The notes under the pieces are model-generated. The model saw only the letters and a program-made list of their open reading frames with translations. It was not told the origin of the DNA and did no database searches. A stretch of 64,000 nucleotides of DNA, taken from positions 248,001 to 312,000 of the forward strand of contig NW_020847187.1 in NCBI RefSeq assembly GCF_003704095.1. The letters are read 5' to 3'. Positions 11,701-25,300 of the stretch are shown here, piece by piece (positions within the stretch are counted from its first letter, which is position 1; every line of letters begins with the position of its first letter). This DNA comes from Pocillopora damicornis (lineage: Eukaryota). Made by a program: the position numbers and the translations under genes.

Positions 11701-14700
11701 CATCTTCATAAGAAATAGGATGAACAGGAATCTGAGGGAGGAGTTTCTCAGCCTCCTCCTTTGGCAGGCGATACATACCCTCTAGAATCAGAAAAAAGTA
11801 TAGCAATGTAAAAATTCCAGTTCTGTACAAACGTATTTATAGTGTATGACCTTGTCTCTCTGATGAGTGGTGTGCATGCTCCTATGTCGCTGAGCGGTGT
11901 CTTCACTAGTGGCTTAAAATCAGAGATGTTACGATGGGTTTACCTCCTTCTACATAACTAATCCGTATTGAAACACAGATTAATTTACTTGAAGTATTTC
12001 CCAGGCAAACAGGAGATCAGAAGCGAAAAAAGTATAATGACCCTCCAAGCCTTTTCCAAGCTCTCAGTCTGAGCTATGGGGACACTGAACGACAGAAAGA
12101 AAAAAAACCGGCGAGCGAAAACCAACGGTTACCATGGTCCACCCGACCACCATTTTTCGCTTGCTCTTTTATTTGATAGTCTCTTCCTATTACAGAGCTT
12201 AGCTACGACCTGAAGACCTTGACCACGACCATGAAGAGAGAAGATTCTCTCCTCTTTAAGGCATCTAAACGTCTTGCACGTTAACTGGCTTAGATATCCT
12301 ACTTACTGACTGAAGGGTAGCCCGGTGTCTGTGGATCGCCTCTTATTGGAGTTGATTTGATGTTTCCTCGTTGAACTGCAGAATTAGGCAGCCAATTGTA
12401 CTTTGGGTACACCTTATCAACACCTTGCTTTGCATACTCCTCAGGATCCATGTATAATATCACTCCGATAGCTCCTTCCTTGTGAGCACGTTTGGGCTAA
12501 AGGAAAGCGGTCTGTGATTTAGAGTTGACAAGTTACTTACTTCTAGCTGTATCTCTGCTATTCTTCATCCGAGGAGAACCTCATACAGGATCCGAGAGGG
12601 GAGAGGGGATAAACTGAGGAGTAGACCAAGAGAGAAGCCAGAAACCTGCTGATACGCTATGTTAAAAAACTGAATTTTAGCAACATTCTCAGGAGCTTCT
12701 CACACCACAACAAAATGATTTCAAATTGTAGACAATCTTTACCCAAACGATACCTTTTTTTATGGGCTAATTACATTTCGCTTCAAGGTACAGTCCAATC
12801 TTATCCATGACAAAAATGNNNNNNNNNNNNNNNNNNNNNNNNNNNNNNNNNNNNNNNNNNNNNNNNNNNNNNNNNNNNNNNNNNNNNNNNNNNNNNNNNN
12901 NNNNNNNNNNNNNNNNNNNNNNNNNNNNNNNNNNNNNNNNNNNNNNNNNNNNNNNNNNNNNNNNNNNNNNNNNNNNNNNNNNNNNNNNNNNNNNNNNNNN
13001 NNNNNNNNNNNNNNNNNNNNNNNNNNNNNNNNNNNNNNNNNNNNNNNNNNNNNNNNNNNNNNNNNNNNNNNNNNNNNNNNNNNNNNNNNNNNNNNNNNNN
13101 NNNNNNNNNNNNNNNNNNNNNNNNNNNNNNNNNNNNNNNNNNNNNNNNNNNNNNNNNNNNNNNNNNNNNCCAACACCAAACAAGAGCTAACCTTAGTTGA
13201 ACGTCCAACCTTTCCATATCGCATAATGACGATTTTACCACTGCAGTTAACTCCAAGTTCTTTGAGTTTCTCAAAGTCTTCGTCTCGCCCATAATTAGCA
13301 TACACGAGTTTCCCCTGGAGATTCAGAGCAAAGGAAGTGCGGTGATGAATATCGTCATGATAAATATAACCTAAATTAAGCCTGTGTGGTGGTCAATCAA
13401 TCGTATTTCAAATTAACTTTTCAATTTAGTGGATACTAGCGTTAGCCTGTGACATCTATGAATACTCAATCCGCCAAGGAAACTCTGAGGTGCTGCTTTT
13501 TCAGAAACTAGGGAAGCTGGTTTTCGCACTAAAATGCATCTATCTGAATGCACCCACTGGATATAATGGTTAGGAAAAGCCCTTTTACATAATCATATGT
13601 TTTATCATTGATACTTTGAAAAGCTTCGTTAAAAATGCCATACCAGTTGTTGGGTAATTTTTATCTGTCATAACATTAAAACCAAAGTCATCACAACGAC
13701 TAATCTCAGCAAAAACGAAGAATGTCACGAGAAGGTCATGAGAACGTAACCCTGAAACTCCCAAGTTATGATTGTTATTGTTTTCTCCCCTCTAGCTGCT
13801 ACACATTTCCTTGCAAGTTAAATAGGAGAATTTAAAGTTCGATCAAGACGCACATCTTTTAACTGAAAGGTTTGAGTATTCTTATCACCTGTATGCTAGA
13901 AAATGTATGGATATTACAGAGAGAAGTTTCACTTTGAATCACTTTTGGGATTTTAAAGGTTTAAATACAAATATGCAAACTACCTGAAGCTTGGGAACAC
14001 GCGAATTATCGGTTGAGAGTGATTGGCTAGCGTCAGTTTTTAGAGCAGTTACAATGCAAAGGAAAAAAAATCAAAGTTTTCTGGATTACTTCCGAAACTC
14101 ATATGAAAATTACTCCAACACTATTGACGTGGAATTTCGGTTTTCACGCTTAAGCTGAGTAAACCAGTCAAGCATGCATTTAAACTGTGAATCGACACTC
14201 ACTTTTGCGGATCCTGGTGGTGCATAGGCGTTGAAAGGTGGGACCACTTTGCTGTTGTTCTCTGAGGGAACAAGGAATCTTTCTTGAGGAGCTGACTTGT
14301 GGATCAGAGTAGATCCATTGTACAGCGCAGCTGCTCCTGCCTTCATATCCTTTGGCCGAGACAACATAATGGAGTAATTCTTCCATATAACATCGATGCC
14401 ATATGCCCTCCATTTCTCTGCCATGTCCTTCGCCAGTTCAAAGTTCTCTGGGTCCCCAGGAAAGTGCGGCACTTTGGTAAACTTCCTGCAATTCAAGCAA
14501 GTGTTTGGAATTACGTTCATGAGCTTGAATAAATACAAGTGGTATCCATCATATCTTACGCCAGTAAAACATCTTAACTCAGGCTTTAGTGTCGTTTAAT
14601 AGGATCACTAGGAAATTGACATCGATGTATAATGCTTCATCTGGATCAGCAGATTTTACAATGAAACAATCCAAGAAGACGTGCATTAATACAGACGTTA

Positions 14701-15740
14701 TGCAAAAAGATAGTGGAAGTCCTATCAAAGGATGTTTGGTTAAAAAAAAAAACAAACAAGCAAATAAACAAAACAAAATTTAGGCGTCGGTTTGGTTTAA
14801 AATTCTTTTTAACTCGTTTAAGTTCATGTTTGTCTGTGCACAAATTACTTGCTCTAAAAAATATTAAACGGATGGTCGAACGGGTTACAACTGATGTCGC
14901 CGTCAAGAACATTCCAGTAAGCGTAGAGTATGTGTGAACGTCAAAACGTTCGTTTTATGGAAAAAAAGGACATAAAATCGAAACTATTTTGCAATTAATA
15001 ATGTACATGAGAAAATTACTCAGTTCTGATTGGCTAAGATAAATGCAGTTTTCAGGTAATTCAGTGCAGAAGAGAGTTAATTCAGGGCAAAGAAGTAACA
15101 AACCAGACATTCTGATTGGTCAATAATCAAAGAAACTCCCAGATAGCCAATCAAGTGCGAGCCTTGGATGTCACAACATTTGGATACGCTGAAAATTTGC
15201 GAGCGAAACAATGGCCGGCGTATTAAGTAGGTTTCCTTTGGCCACCGTAACAACAATACAGCGGCTGAAAAACAGCTCTAACAACGAAAACACTGTAAAA
15301 AGCACTGCTTTTTGGGTTGTCGATTTGGAAAAAGTGGTGTTCAGAGAAAGGAATTGCGAAAGGAAAGGAAAATTGAGAAAGGAAATCGAAAATTTCGAGC
15401 CGACCCAGCTTAACACTTTACTCGAGCGATTCTACGCCGAAATTAAAAATACGGTTTAACCTCGAAACGACGACTCCATTTCATCGAAAGTGATTCGGAC
15501 ACAGACTGAACAATTCCTTGAACTGTTTACCCGGACTTTGAACTTTTTTGCGCCTTAAAGATGTGAAAATTTCATTATATATTATTGTTTTGATCGTATG
15601 CGGTTGTTTTGACCGAACACACAAAGTTACTTGCAGAGTTGAATAAATTATTCTTGCACTTGATTCGCGCGCTTTGCATCTGCATCAATTACGATAAGCT
15701 ATCTCGTATTTTTTCGTGTACATTATTAGCACGTAATCAC

Positions 15741-15771
<31 letters not shown>

Positions 15772-17767
15772 GGAGTTTTAATAACCTGGGAGGAGAAGGC
15801 GAAAAAATTGAAAATTCAGGGTCTTCAAATGTCAGAATAATAATAAGAACAAACAAGTAACGAAAAAATTAAGCCGCTTACGTTTACCTTTCTTTCTGGA
15901 GTCAAAACATTTTGAGATTTCAGGGTTGAAACAACCGATTGTTGAGACGGAGTTATAAAACCATCTCTTCAACTAGATTTTCATGCTCAGTCCTTTGTCC
16001 AAAGTTAATGACAAGTGCTTGGTGGTCTTAATATGAACTAATATGGCTAGCGCTCTTAATGAAAACACCCTATGTCTTAGTAATGTCGAGTTATTTGCTC
16101 TACAACTTAGCATCATTCTGCAACCGCCTTTCTTCGTTCGCATCTTTATTAAGCGCGTAATACGAAGAAAGGAAATAAAGATATTCAGGGATCAATTAAA
16201 CAGCGATTAGGAGAGTATCTTTGTTTTTTATTTCTTTCATATCAGGAGAAGAAAAGACAGGTAGGTCATAGGAAACGGAAGAGGGCATGATCACACGCTA
16301 GGGATTGGTAACAAATGTACTTCTTTACTGCTAAATAATTAAAACACCTATTAACCGATCCGATAAATACATGAATGCGTCTCTGCTGTGGCACCGATTT
16401 GAGTTATGGACTGCCGTGTATAATTGACATACGAGGCAGCAACATCCGCCGACAATAATAACTCCTGGTTGATTGGTTAAACAGAATCCCTTTAAAGGAC
16501 TAACCTGGCATAATTAGATGATCTAAATGCATCTTATTTCTAGAAATGAACCAGTTTAACATATCTCCAGGTTGTTTACCAAAGGCCGGCTCAACTATCG
16601 TATGCAAATATATTGAAAAAAGAAAGGCTTTCTTTGGGTGGCTGCTCGCTGTGTGACTATGCTTATCATGTAGTCATCTACGCTTTATGAGATGTCAACT
16701 ATTGACAAGGTTCTCAAAAGTTAGCTTGATGAAGTCGCTTTTAAAGCTGGAGGTGCCTGTTAGGTTTTACATGACCTAGGTGAAAATGTTATTTTCATTT
16801 GCTAAGAACTTTCTGTCAACAAATAACGTGGGCTTAGGATTAGGAGGGTGTACTTGAACTTCTTGCGGGGGTATTACTGCCGCCTTGGAGAAATACCCTC
16901 TTGGTAAGAGAAAGTAGCCTGAATTCTAACCTCTCCTGTCTCGCATAGACAGCCGCGATCGGGTGAATTTTTGCAGGGAGAGACCAAAAATTAATCAGTT
17001 GTTGTTAGTTGATTTCACACCGATTTAAGACGTTTTCTGATTCTTCGGCATTTTGGATTGCTAAGTGCTCTATAAATTTGGGTGAATCCGGATCAATATA
17101 TGATATTTCACGGCAACAGGCGTAGTATGATCACAGATTCACTTTGCATCCAGAGCAGACATGTCTGCGTCTGAAATTGTGCACCCTGTTTAAAGGAGAT
17201 GGGGTGAATATCAAACCCATATCCTGTTACTAACCGTGTGTTCGCGTAGGACCTCCGGAGCAAAGAAAAATTTTAAGATTCACGGTATCCTGTACCATTT
17301 ACCCCCAAAATAAAAGTTTTGCAATCGTAGAACCGAATTCGGTATCAATTACAAGTTCTAACTTTCACCGCCACTTTCACCGCCACTTTCACCGCCACTG
17401 CTGCACTCTGCAAAAACGTCGTATGAATTTACTCGTTGACCCTGACTTGGCATTCAGGTTTTGTACACAGCTACTGCATGTAGTTTCTTACTACTTACTT
17501 CAAGTTTTTTCTCAGCTCCACGGTAGAAATCATGTCGACCGCTCTCTTGTGGAACACTTCTAGCTGCTCCTGGGTATCGCCCTTTGGCTTAGAGCGGTCG
17601 TTCTTGTCGCCATCATCACAACCTTTGGCAGCTCCACGTCCAATAAAGTAACCAGCTAGTATACCGATCCCAAAGAAAACAAGAAGGCTGAGCACAATCA
17701 GCGCAATAGCACACTTGCGTCGTTTTGGTGAATTGTAAAGCAACGAATACGATCTTTTCTCCTCCAT
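5784..17767 (-). CDS. Glutamate carboxypeptidase II / NAALADase-like type II membrane metallopeptidase (M28B; FOLH1/NAALAD2 family), intact copy B, 17 exons
   Basis: Exons 17499-17767, 14203-14485, 13192-13314, 12307-12496, 11685-11781, 11282-11374, 10558-10643, 9925-10044, 9721-9803, 8915-8978, 8713-8780, 8229-8314, 7945-8035, 7033-7285, 6525-6606, 6200-6295, 5784-5964, all GT-AG and phase-compatible. Motifs: N-terminal TM ([23 protein letters not shown]), [75 protein letters not shown]. Confidence 0.95.
9068..9275. mobile_element. piggyBac-like MITE copy in an intron of peptidase copy B
   Basis: ttaactctttaaatccc ... gtgaccaagacagaatttctcctta ... gggagttaaaggg; colinear with 22675-22886. 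Confidence 0.8.
10265..10410. repeat. Dispersed repeat fragment, also at about 7579-7650
   Basis: Both sites share ttctcgtgttct...ttacgccggtaaactg. Confidence 0.5.
12819..13169. other. Assembly gap (N-run) within intron 3 of peptidase copy B
   Basis: 351 N; the flanking exons are phase-compatible, so no exon appears to be missing. Confidence 0.99.
13747..13963. mobile_element. piggyBac-like MITE copy (degenerate)
   Basis: taaccctgaaactcccaag ... cacttttgggattttaaaggtttaa termini resemble the family TIRs. Confidence 0.55.
14997..15772 (+). mobile_element. Non-autonomous Crypton-like element carrying a decayed DUF3504/tyrosine-recombinase N-terminal fragment
   Basis: 15211-15459 translates (with a frameshift) as SRF...[32 protein letters not shown]...[21 protein letters not shown], the pattern of CryptonA/ZMYM/QRICH1-type proteins. 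Inverted repeat AATAATGTACATGAGAAAAT (14997) / ATTTTTTCGTGTACATTATT (15708-15727). Not seen in the paralogous intron of copy A. Confidence 0.65.
17361..17399. repeat. 12-bp tandem repeat (ACTTTCACCGCC) x3
   Basis: Three exact units; the paralogous intron in copy A has a single unit (actttcatcgcc near 4267). Confidence 0.9.
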
Positions 17768-19393
17768 GGAAATCTCGATGCGTGCTGAAACTGTTACCTT
17801 AACCTTAGTAATAATTAACATAAACAAGAGTAATTGCGGTTTAGATTTCAGACAGTTGCATGACACATGATGTAAATACCATCAAATTGACTTTCACGTC
17901 ATTTAGCACTCAAGTCATTCTCATCACAGACGAAGTGGATGCCGGATAATTATTAAGGTTATTTTATTCATAGACCATATCAGTTATCAGCTATCGTTAT
18001 TGATTTTAGTCTCCCTAGCTAATATACATGCAGGTGCCCCTTTTTCCCACGTAACGCATGACTTATCTTGAAAATGTACATAAGCAGGTAACGCTGAGTG
18101 TTGTAGTTTCCTGCATGCAGGTGAGAGTAAAAAGAGAACCATGCGCGAGATGGCAGGCGTTCATCGCGCTCACCTACAAATCACACGCTTCCATTAAGGA
18201 AGCCTGTCCTATATACAGCCCTTCACCAAGAACAAATAAAATATGGAAAATACACAAATGTAAAAGACCATAACCTCTGTCATCGTACCTCATACTGGCG
18301 CGGAATACTATCTATTATTGAACACTTTTTTTCATTTATTCTAAAGCAAAACAAAAAAACAAAGAAAAGCAATGGGGGTTTGAGGTGGGACAGACAAAGC
18401 TTAGTCAAACTAAATAAACCACACACAATTCATTTTGAGGTTAATTGATCACTGATAATTTAGGCGAGATACTTCAACCGTAAAGAAGAAAGATTTCAAG
18501 CCCTTTATTCCGGTTTGAGCCCACTATCTTGATGCATGATGTCAGGGGGAAATCGAACGTAACGGATGCTTAACTGTCATAATTGAAACTTTCAATGGAC
18601 TGCGTCCCGATCTTGCCTTCTCAAATCTCCGAGAGACGTGATTTTTTTTTTTGGCGCTTAATAAATAAAAAAAGCTATAAACAGCGGACTCCATAACACG
18701 GGTGAGGCACTTCTCCAAACAGCCAGTTAGGCACGTTAGAGAAGAGGTTTGCGGTACATTGGATCAAGGTATGCGACTTTTAAGCATCCAGTTAGGGGGC
18801 ATATATAAACTTGTATTAGCTGAAACCCCTCTTAACATAAACTGGACTTAAAGGTTAAATTTACCTCCCCCTTCCCAGTCCTTTTCCATTCAAAAGCCCC
18901 CCGACACATTTTATTGCCACATTTCTCAAGCGATAAAATCACCCTACTCTTTTCATTGAGCGTAAGTTTCATCACTGGCATGCAAAAGGATCAAAATTAT
19001 TTGCAGATTCAAAAACGTACAGAACGTTGATTAAATATGGGTTATCCGAAGTCTCTTACTACCTGTGGAGCTGGAAGTTTTTGGAATTGTTAGGAGCCTC
19101 TGAAAGCCATGCTTTTCGACAAGGCTGCGTCATCGCCGTCTGATTCTTTATTTTGTATAATCCAAATCCTTGCTACCTCACGTTTGACGGCTGATTATAA
19201 CCAGTTGACACTTGACATTTATTAGATGTGTGGAAGGGTTTGAAGATCAGTTGGGGCCAACAAGAAGTCCTGGGTACCATAGGACGGTGATGACAGGTGT
19301 CAGCGTTCTTCCACATGAGGGATCTTTTCATTTTCCTGCCATCCGAGTTTCGTGATTCTTTCCTCTGAGTAACTTTTCTTTAAGTTTCAAAGT

Positions 19394-22300
19394 ATGGCAC
19401 GACAAATACCTCTAACATGTAGCGGACATACAAGACCGGTGGTTCATCTATCTTTCTCAGATATAACTCCTTATGGGTACTTTCTTATAAGCGCGTGTAA
19501 AGGTAAGTTACTTTTTACGTATATTTAGAGCAAATAATTATCTCTTCTCTGTCTTTTTCGGTTGTCTACATATCCTGCCTGAGAAGGACAAATAAACTGC
19601 AGTTATTGTACGTGCTTTACGGGTTATTAAATTTGGTAGGGAAATATAGACCTATTCCTAGGACGTGACGTGGTGAGGGAGCTTTTGGATTTTATGGGGG
19701 GAAGCCGAATTTACGCGCGCTGTGACGAACTGTGCCGGCAAATTGCTGTCATAAATTTTAACTGGAAAAAAGGTCGCTTCGTTTGGCATCCAGCTCTCTG
19801 CATTTTACCCTTCTTACGTCGGACTCAATTTTTACACCCACGTCACAAACAACAGTCAATCAGCATTTACCGTATCCTCATTATCGTTATTGATCAAAGG
19901 GAAAGACCTTTTGATCTCAAAATCGTCGTCGAATATTGTTAAGTTAATTCCCGTAAAGATTAAACTCGATCGAATTCAGACCCCCCTAGAGAAACCATAT
20001 ATGCAGACAAGTAAGAGCTATGTCAAACATTATTTAAATTTGAAAAAAAAAATGTTTACATAACGTTTTTTCATTATCTAAGTTGATGGCCCACACCCCA
20101 AGTGTTACTTAATGATATCATTCACTTTCAAACTGACCTTCTCATAACCCTTTTACTCCCAATAATGACCAACATGTCACTTCTCCTTAAAATATCCATA
20201 CAGTATCCAACAAACAGGTAGTAAGAAAACACAAACTAATCAGATGGAAGTTGTTACCTCAAACAATCAAATCTTGGGAGTTTAAGGGTTAACCCTTTCA
20301 CCCCTAAGAGTGATAGCACCTAATTGGTCTATACAGTGTCTCTGCTGAATCAACTCTTAAATCATGAAAATGAAAGAAATTATCACCACCCCAAGAGGCT
20401 CTTATTGTTAGACAGATTCTCCTTGTCAGTACCTTGAGAAGTGTACGAAGAACAGTATGGAGATTACACAAACTGATGTCAGGCACTAAAAGGTTAAATA
20501 GATCAATGGCATTCCTTTCAACTATATATTTGAAAGCCATAGAGGACGCCAAAAAATTGAATATATAGGAATTTCTTGTTGAGCACACTAAGGAAGACCA
20601 AGGAGACAAAGACTCTGGAAGACAAGCATCTCTATTATTTTAGGGTAGAATCACTCTCCCTCTCCCCCTTTACCCTATGGGGAAAAGATGCTTCAGAAGA
20701 AAAGTCATGGACCCATTAAAATTAATGTGTGTTTTTTGTTGGATTATCTGTAAATCAATTTTCATTTGTTTTTCAAGAACTAAATTTTTGTACTATAGTT
20801 TTTGGTTACCACAATTAGTTTAACATTTTACAACTTATCAATGCCACCAAAGGGATGAAAAAATTCCAAAAGCTGAGGTGTTCCAGACTGTTGCACTCTC
20901 TTTTTTCTAATGAAAAGGAGAATTTGTTCCAATCACTTAGTGCTTTCTACTCTTAATTTTAGTGTTATGCCACTTTATTTTTCTTATCTGATGTTCTATT
21001 TTATTGTTCATTAATTGTGCATAGTACCCTTGTGAAGAAGACACTGAATATGATGTATAATCTTGTACTGTTTTGTATGTTTATTGTTGCCACAGATGGA
21101 AAGCCTATGTTACGACATGGTGACACAGGAGACTGGATTGGTACTTTTGAAGGTCATAAAGGAGCAGTATGGAGTGCTACCTTAAATAAAGATGTCACCA
21201 AGGCAGCTACTGGGGCTGCTGACTTCACAGCGTAAGTATATGCATATATAGGGTAGTGGTGTACCATCACTTTGCCTTTTACCAACCTTCAAGGTTTTTT
21301 ATGAGATTTGTATTAGTGGTCACAGCTAAGGTTTCTGATAGAGCCAGCCATCTACAAAAAAATTTGTTAAAATCATTGATAGAGTTATTTGTAAATGCTG
21401 ATTATCACTTGTGATTGATTCTAAACCATGTGGCATTTTTTTTGCTGGAAAAAAGGGGTTTTTGCTCCTGTTTTCTTTTCCCAGCTTTCTTTTGTTCACA
21501 AGTCAGCAAATCTGAATTGGTTAGCAAAGAATGATGACTGTAATATTGTTAAGGAATTTTAACATTTGCAAACTAGGTTTTGACAAAGAACAATCAATGT
21601 ATGGGTAGGGGAGATTGCGAGGAAGAGGGTCAGAAGCCACAATGTGTTGAGGGCAGAAAGCAGGACAGATATTCCAGATGGGAATAGTCTTAAATAATTG
21701 ATCTGCAACAAGTTGCAAGAAAGGGTTTGAGATGGGATTGAAAGGTGGAGCAGGTGGGAATGTAAAATTCATGTGAATTTGGCAACTCTCATGCTTATGT
21801 TATCTGTTACTTGGTTTACTGTCAAATACACCCAGTAAATAGCTACAGAAATGCTGCTCACAATGTATAGGAAATGGTTTTGATAGAAAAGTATCAGCAG
21901 AGTTAAAGAATTATCTCACTCACTATTTAGGGATCTGTATTCTTCAAATTAAAGCATAATTATGTTCACAGTCGTTAATTTAGCAGATTAATTTGAAAGA
22001 TGAGATTCCATTTTGTAATAAAGTAAACTGTTGATTGGATTTACTAACTGGAAAATAGCTGAATTTATCCCTACTGTAAATGTCTAGGTATTATCTGCAT
22101 TTGTATAAAAACAGGAAAAAAAGTAGAGTTGACTAAAAATAAGTAAATTTTATATATATATTTTTTTCTCAACAGTAAAGTATGGGATGCTGTAAGTGGA
22201 GAGGAAGTTAGAAGTCTACCTCATAAACATATTGTAAAGGTTGTGGATTTTTCTCCAGTAAGTATCAAGAAGCTCCATGAAACTGAAAATTTTTTATGGA

Positions 22301-25300
22301 CCCTTCTACCATTCATATAATATTAGCTGGGAGAATTTGGTATTGGATCAATTTATTTAGTAATCCCCTAACTGATATTTTTCTACTTTCTCAGCACTTG
22401 TTTGCCTGTTGTTCAATTGATATTTATATTGTTAGGAGAAATTCTGTTTTGGTCACTCACGGAAGTTGAAGGGTTAAATAACAGTTAAATCTGGATATTT
22501 TAAAGGGACATAGATAATTATTATTTGAAGACTTTGTGTATTCCCTCATAACTTTGGATGCATTTACTGATAACTGTAATTCTGGGAACATTATATTTTA
22601 ATTTAAAAGTAAACATGTTTTTTTCAGTATCTTGCCATGCCCTGACAGCACACTTCAGTTCTCTCATTTTCTACTTAACCCTTTAACTCCTGTTAGTGAC
22701 CAAGACAGAATTTCTCCTTAAAATAATAATACAATATCGACCAGATAGGTGATGAGATTTAAAGAAAAATATAAATTTGGAGATAACTATTTGATCCAAT
22801 ACTAAATTCTCTGAACTAACTTCATAAGAGTTGTATGATTGACAGTAAGGAGAATAACAAATTTGAACTGGGAGTTAAAGGGTTAAGATGATTACGAGAT
22901 ATACTTACAAATTTTGGTGATTGGAATGCAAGACCTTTTGCCCAGTGCAAACTTAACTATCATAATAATCATTATTAACTAACTATGATTATAACGTAGC
23001 ATGCAATCTGTGCCATTCAGAAAAGAATTAAAAACTAAAAGCAGCACACTGTCTAATTCTGTGGAGATGTTTATATTGAGACCAGATCATTTTTTTACAG
23101 CTAAGTGCAATTTCTTTTTTCTCATAAGGATGGTGATAGACTCCTTACAGCCAGTAATGAAATGCTTATGAGAGTATTTGATCTTCAAGATGAAAGTGCT
23201 GGTAAATAGTTTTTCAATTTATTTACTTTCAATCATCTTTGTTGGAGAAATGCAAAGTCTTTTTGAGGGTACCAGTGACCGACAGAAGTTTTCTACATCA
23301 TGTAAAGACCTTTGCTCAGGCTTATAACTTAAGCTATTACTTTCTGTTATGGATAAATAAATGTAATATTTTGTTTAGAACCAGACTTATTACAAGGTTA
23401 TAAAGAAAATATAAGGGCCGCACTGTGGAGTGAAGATGGCAAGTATATTATGAGTGGAGGAGAAGACAAAGCAATAAGGTATACTCATACAACTCTATCA
23501 CAACTAAATTTTCTCACTTGTAATAATCCAGTGGTAAATACAGATGTGACTTGCATTGTGCTTTTGTGCTGCCTAGGAGCTAGTATGAACTGCTCAAATC
23601 TCCATCTCTTCCTTAATGAAATTCAACCCATTTCTATGTCCATGTGAGGTTTTGTATTATATTATTGGTTGGAGTCCAATGGTTTTTGGCTTGATCATTA
23701 TAATAACTGTTTCATCACCAGGGATGATTTTTAGAAGTACCCAGGGCCTCAAGTATGGTGAAAGGCAGCAAAAATAAGCTTTAAAATTATGTTAAGCTCT
23801 CCTTGAAGTTTTTTTAGTAAAACCAGGGAAATGTAATATTTACTCCTGACCAGTAACTTGTGATTGTAGGCTTTGGGATACAAGAAATATGACTGAGGTA
23901 AAGAAAGTAGATATACCACAGAGTGTAACAAGCATGGTTCTGTCCAAGGATGGCAGTGTACTTGTTGTCACATATGATAGAACCATCTCTTTTTGGAATC
24001 CAGAAAGGTGAGTAATCAAAAATGGAGAATGGCTTTTACCACTTAAAGAGTTCTTTTTTATTAAGTAGGGGCAAGAAAGATTAAAAAACCTTCCACTTCT
24101 GGGGTAGTTAAATTTCAACTGTTCAGCCACTTTCCCCCACCCTTTCTGTAAATGCTCTAATGGCCAATTCATTGTTCTTTTCTACAAATGTCTTGGACGG
24201 TGGGACACTATTAGTAAATAAAAATGTAATGATATTCTGCAGATAAGTTATATTTTTCAGAGGCGGGAGTGGCAGAGTTTAAGCCCCCCATTTGGTTACA
24301 GTTGAACCTGTACTTAGTGGTCATCCACAGGGAATGGCAGGATGGCCGCCTAATGCAGGTTACACAGAATAGGGGTGTTCTAAGAAACAATAAAAATATG
24401 CCGTTTTATGTGTTAATCGACCACTTCAATGTAAAAAACTTGCCTGAAATGCTTCTAGCATTGATTTTGGGAGATAAATATTGATTAAATCTTACTTGAA
24501 AGTTACTCTTACTTTTATTTGTCAATAAATGGTTCTGCTTTAAGTGACCATTCAGTACACATGGAAAACAATAGAAAAAGGCTGTTGGGATTCACTTCAG
24601 GGTGACCATTACCACTTATAAAAGGGGATCACTTAATAGAGGGGACCACCCAATAGAGTTGAAAACTACAGTGTTGAGGAAAAAAATTGGGAATTTTGAC
24701 AACCGACCACTTAATACAGGATGACTGTCTTTTGTTTAGAATGGAAGTGATCAAGTCCTTTGTTGCTCCGACACCAATATTTTCAGCTTCACTCCACCCT
24801 AGCAAGTCTTGTTTTGTAGCTGGAGGAGATGACTTTAAGCTCTATAAGTTTGATTATGAGGATGGAAAGGAAATAGGTGAGAACACAGAGTTATTTAAAT
24901 CTTAATTGACAAGAAACCATTTCACAAATTTTGTTACCATTTTTCAGCTAGAAAACTTTGTCACAATTATTATCCTATGATAATTTCAATTACATTATGG
25001 TCTATATCCTGGGCTTGATTTTGCTTGTGATCTTTGCAGTTAATTTTTTTTCTTGAGCTCCTTGTCTGAAAACCTATAAATTTGTATAATAGAACAAATT
25101 TATGCTTTGATCAATTTTTTTGTTGTCTCAGGTATAATATCCCCTAACAGCATTCATGCCTTATGTATTTAAGGTGTTTGTCTTAACCCTTGACACCCCA
25201 ACATCAGTAAGCATATTCTTCACACTGTTCTTTATACATTTCCTAAGGTGCTGACAAGGAGAATTTGTTTGCTAATCAAAAGGTTCCTTCCCTAGTGACC

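Noticed and set aside
12760-13305. Long ORFs in the ORF track spanning X residues
   Set aside because: Artefacts of the N-gap; only 13192-13314 is a real exon.
19173-19331. 52-codon minus-strand ORF divergent from the STRAP start
   Set aside because: Short, no recognisable homology, no downstream exons identified; more likely promoter sequence.
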